Source: the human T2T-CHM13v2.0 reference genome, Homo sapiens. Taken from it: a DNA stretch of 64,000 nucleotides. Numbering within the stretch: the stretch's first letter is position 1; each line of letters begins with the position of its first letter. Shown here piece by piece: positions 53,984 through 64,000 of this stretch. The notes under the pieces were generated by a model. The model searched no databases and was not told the DNA's origin. It saw only the letters and a list, made by a program, of their open reading frames with translations. The DNA lies in contig CP068257.2 of the NCBI GenBank assembly GCA_009914755.4, forward strand, positions 25,952,001 to 26,016,000, given 5' to 3'. A program made the position numbers and the translations under genes.

Positions 53984-55874
53984 GGCTTCTGAATGAAATG
54001 TTTCAATGAATACAGCAGAAGTTTCATGGCATTTTATGACATAGCTTAGGAAGTCAAATAGTATCTTCTGCTATATTTTATTGGTTATGACAGTCAATTC
54101 AAAGGAGAAGGATACATCCCTATGTCTTGCTGGAAGATTATCAAAGAATTTGTGGCCATGTTTTAAAATCACTAGAGTCGGCCTTCTGTTCACAAATGAT
54201 TTGCATTTCCTCCACATGCAAATTCACTTCTTTCCGAAACCCTCCCTCCTAAAGTCTCATTTCATTCCAGTATCATCAGGTTCAGACTCAAGGTTCAAAA
54301 TCTCAATCTCAATCAAGTCCAGGTGTCCATAATACTTCCCAGGTATAATTGCTCTTGATGCACAAAAAAAATGAAGTATCTTCCTCTCCTCACACCCAGC
54401 GTACAATGGTGAGAGAATCAAGGACAATGTAAAAGAAAAGACCTATCAGAATAATTGCATTTAATGTAAAGTTATTCAGTTATTTCTGCCATATGCAAAT
54501 TCCAATGATTATATTTTAATATGACCAATTTTGAAATGTAATTTTAAGTATTTCATACTTACAGATATCTACTCATCATCAGCATTGGCACATTATCAAT
54601 AAGATGTCATTATTTCAAAGTGGCAAAGGAAGATATTTTAAAACTGTATTCAATTTCCCAGAAACAAAAAGATGAAGACAAAAGCTAGATGATCAAACAG
54701 TTTTAAAAATATTGCCAATAGCTTAACAATATAAGACATGTGTGGAAGGGAAAACTTGCTGAAGCTTGAATTGTGTCTTCTGGGAAATAAAAGGGGCAAT
54801 GACTAATTGCCACAGGATATTGGCAATTGCAGATGCCAGGTTGTTTCACAAAAATAGGAAAAAAATAAAACTACCAATCTCAGATACTTTACTTCACAAA
54901 CTAAGAGCCAATTCCTTTGATCTTAAATATTATAATAATCACAATGTATCCCAAGGTAAAGAAAATAATACTATGCAGTGATCATGGAAGGATAAAAATA
55001 TTAGTAGGTATATGCTACGACACAAAGCCTTTGGTAGAAAACATTCTAATCTGGAAATCAATGACACAATGGCAAAATATTGCAATTCTGAGCAGGAAAT
55101 AAAGAAATGCTTTTTATTGTTCTTTAGTTCCAGAAATAATAACAATAGAAATAGGGTGATTATGTGGATTAAGTCAATCAAGATTTTTTTCTAGTCAGAT
55201 TGTATAAGTACTTGAACTATACAGAAATTAAAATACAAGGAAGACAAAACTTCATGGCCTGGAGTCTGTGAGAATCCTCTATTGACTCAAGTCTGGTGTT
55301 TGAATTAAACAAATCCCATCTGTTCCAGTTCTACTATCTTGAAGTCAATAAATTTTTATTCTAATATTTAAAGTTACAATATCAGACTCCATTTGATAAT
55401 ACCAGTATGTTTAAACTCTGGCCCATTTCCAACATTTTACATTACTCCATTGCTGTACTTACAACATCTGACTTGAGTACAACTATCTGATTTGGCTTGG
55501 TGTATATTTCACTGGTGTACTCACCTGCTCCCTTGATGATTCTAATAACACGGTCTCCAAAGAATGGACAGAAATTCCTGGAGAAAACAGTGTGCTCCTA
55601 AAAATTAAGTAGAATTTTCTTCCGGGTATTGCCCTGGCAAAAGGAGGTAAGAGAGGGGATTCCCTGACAGTGTACAGGAATTTCCACTGCATTTCCTCAG
55701 AAGTGCAGGGAAATCAGAAACTTCTAACAGTCATTCAAGAGTAGAGATAATTAAGGGGAATATAATAATTTACCAATTTTAAAAAGAGACATATTATATG
55801 GTTCATAGGACCTAGTAGTAATCAAGTTTAAAAAATCAGTACATAAATAACTTGAATATATCTACTTATATGTT

Positions 55875-55900
55875 ATCTATCTATCTATCTATCTATCTAT
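55875..55900. repeat. (ATCT)n tetranucleotide microsatellite
   Basis: atctatctatctatctatctatctat. Confidence 0.95.
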
Positions 55901-58615
55901 GTAAACTTTATAATACCAGAGAACAGAAACTGATTTGTTTTTTATTAGTTTGTTTTCCCCCCGGAAACATTAATGGCATTGGAATGTACTCTGGTTTAGG
56001 CAACTAAGATGTTTCTGAAAAGGAATTGCTTAAATGAAATTACAGTAAATTATTTATTAAAGAGAAATTTAAAACAAGTTATATTCTATAAGTAAATAAT
56101 TCAGGTCTCATATGATGGTTTTAAAACAATATTTGGTTTTGTGTCTTAGGTTTTCTGGTAGTAAAACAATTTGATTAGATAGACGATAGACAGGTAGTTA
56201 TCATTAAACAGCACAGTATTTCAAATAAAGTTCCCCACAGTGAATATTAGCAGATTTTACCATATTATAAATTTTTCAAACATAATTATATGAACATTAA
56301 AACTAAAGATTATAAAGTGACAAGTATTGTAGTTCATGAAATTCTTTCCAGAACATGCCTGACTAGACAATAAGCACACACACTAAATATTCACTGTTGT
56401 AACTTAAGATGATAGCTTGTACACAAAAACATTGAAGAGTTTTGAGATAATTTTGAAAATACCTAAATAAGCAATATTTACATATTATGGCTCAGGGAAT
56501 AGATATTAACAAAAATTATCCTCTCTCAGGCCACTGTCTAGACCACAGGAAACCTGGTCAACAACATATGGGATGTCACCAGATTCAGACTCAGAAGTTT
56601 CCATAATGCCGTTGCCAACAGCTAGACACAGTGAGTCATGGGGGCCCCAGTAACCAAACTCTCATCACACACAGGCTGTTTAGATAGTGATGGAACTAAC
56701 ATGAAATAAAATCAGGCCAAATAACATCTTAAGGTTCTAAAGAAATATTTTAGATTCAACAGATCTTCTAAATTCAGCAGTATCCAGAAAGTTTTGCCAG
56801 AGCAAGAGAAGTATAATAAATTAGAAACAAGTTACTTTCCGCAACTCAGGTTGCTTTGAAAAAGAAATTATTACAAGAAAAGGATTTAATCTAGACAGTT
56901 ACAGGTAGTCACATCCATGTCAATATTTATATCTCTGTCTATATAGTAAGCTTGATATCTGTGTACATCAGTGAATAATAGTACCTACCTCAAATGAAAT
57001 TAAATAAAAAACAAATGAGATACCACAATTGAAGTTGATTAGCATGTTAGTTGTGTAAACAGTCACATGTGAGCACAAGTGTGCACACACTACTTTTATT
57101 GGGTCCTTATATTTCTTGGAAAAAAATTACATTTATATTTACCAGAGGAGCAGAGTTATAAAACATAGCAATATGCTATTCCACATACAACAATAAGCAT
57201 GTCTTGGAAGGCAAGCTAGATCAAAAACTGACGTATAAGATGGAGTTTAGAAATCAACTGTAATTATATGTCTGGAAAATTCATGCACTTTAGGGAAATC
57301 TAGCTCCTGCCAGCTTTATTTGTATGCTGTGATTTATCTTAAAGTAACGTCATGCCTCATGCCAGTGACTGATTCAACACATAACATTCTACAAGTCACA
57401 GGAGTCCATTCAGGAAGGAACGATATGTGACTCACTCACTATCATGAGAACAGCAAGAGGGAATAATCACCATAATCAGCACCTCCCACCAGACCCCTCC
57501 TCCAATTCCACATGGAGGAAGAATTTGGGCAGGGACATAAATCCAAACCATATCAACCGTGCTTTTACATAACCTACCTTTGTCACCCAGATTTTCAGTA
57601 AAACTTTCCCTCATTCATCACCAATGTGTTCAAGGCACTTCAGGGAGAAAAGTATTTCAATATATTATTTAGAAAGGGAAGAATAAGTTCAAAATACATG
57701 AACCTGATATGGATACTGGTCAGGAGAAAACAAACCCACTGGACAAACTTGGAAAGACAGGGGAGGTTTTTTGCACATGAGTGGGGACAATGTTTCATGA
57801 CTCGGATGAGCTGATGAGTTGGATGATGTTTCACAAGTTGGATGAGTAGGGAATAAACATAGCAGATCTAAGGAAACAGGAACACACTGCACATACAGTG
57901 TATGTGTAATTATGCACATACAGCAGCTGTAAAATGTAGTCTATCCAGTGGGAAATAAGATTCTTTAAATGTAAATATTCTCTAAAAGGCACGTTACTTA
58001 CCTGAAGTTTTTCTGATTTGAACATGTATGTTCTTAGTTGCAAGTATTGGTTGAGTCACATAGTTCATGTATAAGTGTATATAAGGGGTGTGAAATGGGG
58101 ATATAATAAACATAAGAAATGTATATAAATACTCTTCTCTATATGATAAAACTAAACATATTCCAATATACAATTCTTATGTACATCTAATATGGAAACA
58201 GTACAACAAAGATAATATAATATAGTCCACTCACTACTCACCAAAGAGATGGTGAGAATCCTAATCTAGAAGAACCAATAGAAAAATAATAGTGCGTTAT
58301 GCTCATCTTCTCTTTTTCGTATTATGTCCTCTGCTAATTCTTAAACTTTATAGCACTATCATTACATGTAATCTGCACATTTTATAGTTTTTACTATAAC
58401 TTACAGTTTGATTTTAGAGTTGAAAGGCACATAAATCATTTTAAGTAGAGTATTTACACAGATTTTATTTCTACCTACTATGAAGTGCAAAATGCCAATA
58501 GCATACTTTCCTGACTAACCGGGGGTAGCTTTTCTTTTATTCTTTGTCCCTGGAAATCACTCAGACACTGGTGTTCCATGAAGTACCTAGTTAGGGAGTG
58601 TACCTAGTTAGGGAC

Positions 58616-58893
58616 TGTTCTCATGCTGCTAATAAAGATATAATTGAGAATGGGAAATTTATAAAGAAAAAGAGGTTTAATGGACTCACAGTTTCACATG
58701 GCTGAGGTGGCCTCAATCATGGCGGAAAATGAAGGAGGAGCAAAGGCACATCTTACATGGCAGCAAAGAGAGCATGTGCAAGGGAATTTCCCTTTATAAA
58801 ATCATCAGATCTCATGAGACTTAATCACTATCACAAGAACAGCATGGGAAAAACCTCCCCATGATTCAATTACCTCCTACTGGGTCCCTCCTA
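58616..58893 (-). mobile_element. THE1/MST-type LTR fragment, minus orientation (truncated; lacks the LTR 5' end)
   Basis: 'tgttctcatgctgctaataaagatataattgagaatgggaaatttataaagaaaaagaggtttaatggactcacagtttcacatggctgaggtggcctcaatcatggcggaaaatgaagga...ctccccatgattcaattacctcctactgggtccctcctacaaca'. It is preceded by a short tandem duplication 'gtacctagttaggga' x2 at 58583-58612. Confidence 0.75.
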
Positions 58894-61800
58894 CAACAGG
58901 TACCATCTTCAGTTAAAATACCTACATTAACCAGCCACATTCCCTCTGAACAAGGGCTTAAACTTAGAAAAATATGATGACAAGTAGGACTGCACTGCAA
59001 GCAAGAAAAATAAAATATGATTTCTAACTTTTCCATTCCTTCGTGTTGGAAATAAAAAAATAATAAATCATTGTTACTGATGCCAGATTTTGTGTAAAGA
59101 GTTAATGCTTATGTGAATCAAAATAGATTTATAAACCTTTCAACACTGCAGCTTGGCCTTAGAACCTTTCCTCAGATACCTCCTTTTTTTTGTGAAAGCA
59201 GATGGCACACATATATGCAAATTAAAAATAGACTTTGGTTATAAAACAAAAAAATAAGATTCAACAAGCTCAACTTAAATTATTAGCTCAGCACAGGCGA
59301 GTCCAACAGTAGCTATCATTAAATTCAGACCGGCCCACCATTGTAAGAAAGACAGTAATAGTTATGCAGTATCTGCAAGGCATTTTGAATCCATTACATA
59401 AAAATGTGTGCTTGGAATACTATGCTATAGTAAGCATTATGAGACTATGCCCACTTTTACCCTGAGGAGTGTAATTAAGTGCAATGCTCAAATGAATGGT
59501 TTGCAGTGACATGTATTATCCTCCTAAGCTGGCTCAAAAGAAGCTCTGAGTCTGTGCTATAGCACTCACTTCTACCTATCTTTAACATGTATTATGTTCC
59601 CTTAAGCCTCTGGGAACGATTCAATGAAAATGTGTTGCTTGCCTCAGTTCACATTATCTTATGGCAGCCACAAACCTTAGACTATTTTTACACAGATTCT
59701 CAGTTTTCCTAGTTGAAATATAAGACTATTAAAATGAGAAGAAACTAATTGAATACAGCAGATCATTTTATGTAAGTGTTTGAAGCTGCCTCAATTTGAC
59801 TTCTGCACAGTTACTACTTTAAGGAGTAAGCTGAGAACATGAAATTGCATGTCTTCAAACAGTCTAATGACATCTATAATTCCATAATAGTTTGACCAAA
59901 ATCACTGCCGGATATATAGCACAAAATTAATCTCATACAATGAGGGTATGTTGACATTTTCAGGTCGACCTGGGCTAATGAACTTCTTGCATTATTTGAT
60001 GTGGAGTTTCCAATTGAATACGATAAATTTGGGGATGAAAATTGTTACTGAAACATCAAAGATATTCCTTTATAAAAGTGAACTCATATCAGACCTACTC
60101 AGAAACCCAGTTAATTTATAAGAATGTATAAATCCTACATAGGTGTTAAATGGAGACTAGGAAGGGTGGAGTGAGAGGAGAGTGAATGATAAGAAATTAC
60201 CTAAGGGGTACAATGTATGTTATTCAGGTAATGGATGCATTAAAGCCCTGATTTTACCACTATGCAATAATCCATAAATTAAAATTATACTTGTACCTCA
60301 TAAATTTATACAAAAAACAATGTTATAGGCCACGAGCAACATCAGTGAAATAAGTAACAATTTTAAATCCCAAGTTTTTTCAGCATTTCAACTAATATTT
60401 ATGGAGTTTGCAAATATTGTAATATATTTGTTTAAAAGTTTAGATTAATTTATATAAAAATATATCTTCTATGATAACATTTACTCTCTGAAGATTATGA
60501 GTTTAGGAAAGTAAAATATGGATAAGAACAACCATGTGATAAAAATCTGGACTATTAAAAAAATAAGAAAAAATTACAGTACCAAATCTATTTTTCTGGT
60601 ACAAATAACTTGATTATAATTTACTTCCAACACAGTAAAATAGTAATATAAGGGAAAGATGCTTTACTTTTGAAGTTCAGGCATCTTTATTTAAAGTTCA
60701 TTAAAATTTCTCATATGCTTCCAGAATGTATTATATTTACAAGTAACCTTGTGCCCAAACGTCTAGTTAAATATTGCTACTGTTTCACTATTTTTTTTCC
60801 TTGGGTTTTATTAAAATGACTGTCTTTATCGTTTTTCATAAATATGTGTAATCCTTTCCTGCTAGAGCATTATAGTGTTCATGCAGTTGAACTCAAATGG
60901 CAAGCTAGCTTTATACAATAAAGTGTGAATGGAAATGACAAGCTCGCCTTATTCCTGTGAATTGACACCTGCCATTGTTCCAGAGAGAGTACTCTATCTG
61001 TGTTCTTGAGTGGAGATGATGAAGATTAGAACTATACCTGAGTTGTGATGAACATGGAAAGTGATTTGGAGAGTTGCACTTTTCTTGGTATGAGCCAGTT
61101 ACTTGGACATCATGGGCAAATGATTTCTCTGTTCATTTTCTGTCATTTCCAACCCCAGCTGCTGTTTTCCAGATATTTCTCAAATTTTCTTGTCCTGCTG
61201 ATGTTATATTTTTTTTCCAGAAACCTGAGCCTGAGAATTTGCTTATGGATTGTATATGATGCCAGGAAATGGAATAGAGGACTGGGAAGAGTGAGAGAAG
61301 GAAGAGAAGCCAGGAGGAGAGTATGTTACGAGCTGTGAATAATTGGGACATGATTCCACTGAGCTCCTTTGAAGTATCTGAGAATTTGACTGCAGAATTG
61401 TGAACCTGAAAATCACAGAAAAGAGAATATTTATCTATTGAACCTTCTCTTCATCTTGCATTGGTCAAGAGTTGTCCTACGGGATATTAAGACACTTGCA
61501 CTTTCAAGTTTGCAGAAGTATGGGAACGAAAGCATCCAAAAAGCCCTGAGGCAGGAAGCAAGCTGAGACAAGGTGTTGGTGATGATGGTACACCTGGATG
61601 AAGCTAACTTCAGCAGCAATAGTTGCTGAATGAATTTTTCATTTCATCTAAGTTGCCACATTCATCAGCATAAAATTGTTAATGATATTCTTTTAGAACT
61701 TGGAGGGTGGTAGGAGAGAGAGGAGCAGAAAAAAATAACTATTGGATATGAGCCTTAATACCTGGGTTTTGACATAATCTGTACAACAAACCTCCATGAA

Positions 61801-63156
61801 ACAAGTTTACCTATATAACAAACCTTCACATGCACCCCCAAATCTAAAATAAAAGTTGAAGCAACAAAACAAACTAAGAATTTCTATTTCTTCTCTTGCA
61901 CGCCTGATATTGGCAATGTGTCTTCTCATCATATTTTTCTTGATCCAAGTTTGCAAGAGATAGTTTTGTCAACCTTTTCATATAATTCACTTTTTACTTT
62001 GTTAATTTCTTAAATTATATCTCCATTTTCTTTTTTATTTATGTATTCTTTTAGTATTCTTTCCTATGCCTTTTGGTTTGATTTCTTCTGTTTTCCTAAG
62101 CTGTGAATCAGGAAGATTCAATTATTTGCTTTCAGCAATTCTACTTCTATAGTATTATAAGAGTGATTATATATATAATAAGTTGATGTATAAAATAATA
62201 TTTAATATTTAAATAATGTATATATACAAAAGAATTATAGAGCTATTAATTCCATCTAAATGCTTTATTAGCTGTGTCTCACAAATTTTATGTCATGTTT
62301 CTATTAATATTCATTTTCAATTCCCCTCATGATTTCTTTTTTGATAAATGTGTTAATTAAAAGGGTGTTGTTTAATGTCCAAATATGTGAGACTTTTCTG
62401 ATTGTATTGTTTTATTTATTTTTGATTCAATCCCATCATGTTTAAATATTATTAGTACCAGTAAAATACTCTGTATAATTTCGATGTCTTAAAATTTATT
62501 GAACCTTTATGTGTCTTTATAGAGTCTACCCTGGTAAATCCGTTACTTGCACCTTGGAATAATATATACTCTGCCCTTGTTGACTGAGGTACTGTATGAA
62601 CATCAATGAAATCAAAATAGTTGATGATATTTAATGTATCATTTAGACCTTTAAAATGTTGGTGATTTTTCTTTAGTTGTTTTATCCATTGTTGAGAAAG
62701 AGGTACTAATGTCTTCAATTATAATTATCAAACTATCTCTACTTTTAATTCTGTCCATTTTTCCTTCATGCCACTGAAAGCTCTGATATATTGAATTCAT
62801 AGATGTTCATGGTGCTATGCCTTCCTGATGAGTAAACTGATATCATTGTGAAATTTCCCTTTTTATTTTTGGTAATAACTAATTTCTTGAAATGTTTCTT
62901 TAAAATGTAACTACTCCGATATTCTTATGCTTAAAGCTTGCATTAAAAATATTTTTCTATTCACTTACTTTCAACCTACATTTTTCTTTAAAATAAAACA
63001 TACTATTTTTAGATAGCAGAAAACTTGGTGTTGTTTTTCAATTCGTTCTGAAAATACGAATTTTACTTGGATTAATTCATTAACAATTAATGTAACTACT
63101 GATATGGTTATGTTGTGGGTGGTTTCCTATGTTTTCTGCTTTTTTCTCTGTCTTAA

Positions 63157-63480
<324 letters not shown>

Positions 63481-63799
63481 AGAAAAACATCCTTTTCATC
63501 TACTCAGATAGTTACCGATTCAGATTTTTTTTCCTCTATTTTGAGAATACATCTTTTCTGTGCTATCATTTTCTTTCAGCCTACAGAAATTCCCTTAACA
63601 TTTCTTGTAGTGCAAATATGCTGGTGATAATGTACCCTTAATTCTTTTATCTGACAATATTTATATTTCACCTTCATTATTGAAAGATGTTTTGCTGAGT
63701 ATAGAATTCTGGGTTGATAATTTGTGTGTGTGTATATATATACATATATATATGTAGCTTGTATATATATACATATTATATATATTAGAAGATAAAAAT

Positions 63800-63857
63800 G
63801 TCTTACAGCATTGAAAAGCTATATGTATATATAGTTCAAAATGTATTTGAAATTAAG

Positions 63858-63898
<41 letters not shown>

Positions 63899-63917
63899 CT
63901 TTTCAACACTGTAAGAC
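63800..63917. repeat. Imperfect inverted repeat (~25-40 bp arms) around a (TA)n/(TG)n-rich centre
   Basis: Arm 1 is 'gtcttacagcattgaaaagctatat' (63800-63824) and arm 2 is 'atatagcttttcaacactgtaagac' (63893-63917), with 2 mismatches. Weaker pairing extends to '(att)agaagataaaaa' / 'gtttctgtcttct'. The centre contains (TA)18 at 63865-63897. Confidence 0.85.
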
Positions 63918-64000
63918 GTTGTTTCTGTCTTCTGTTCGTAATGTTCTGGAGTAATGCATAAAAACATACATACACATCCTTGTGTATGCAATATCTGATT

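Overview
This window is catarrhine-primate (human-like) nuclear genomic DNA, not a prokaryotic or viral locus. It is AT-rich, has no CpG island outside an L1 5'UTR, and roughly 45% of it is recognisable interspersed repeats. I find no convincing cellular protein-coding exon, rRNA, tRNA or CRISPR array. Every ORF in the supplied track is explained by L1 ORF1/ORF2 remnants, Alu read-through, or frame-translation of micro/minisatellites.

Main content:
- A composite L1 block at ~6.1-15.3 kb: an old L1 carrying a near-full-length L1PA, a nested L1 3' fragment and an Alu.
- A ~6.7 kb near-full-length L1MA-type element at 20.5-27.2 kb carrying an Alu and two MaLR LTRs.
- Nine Alus in total.
- Seven ERVL-MaLR-type solo LTRs or LTR fragments.
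- One hAT (MER3-like) MITE.
- Several microsatellites.
- A ~1.9 kb AT-rich minisatellite (29/33-bp units, ~60 copies) at 33.4-35.3 kb, abutting a perfect 100-bp palindrome.

I see no novel multi-gene system here. The features most worth a second look are:
- the minisatellite/palindrome junction;
- a candidate L1 3'-transduction flanked by a perfect 15-bp target-site duplication;
- diverged ~95-bp direct repeats bracketing the minisatellite segment;
- several small fold-back (inverted-duplication) structures.

All family assignments rest on my recall of consensus sequences, not on a database search.
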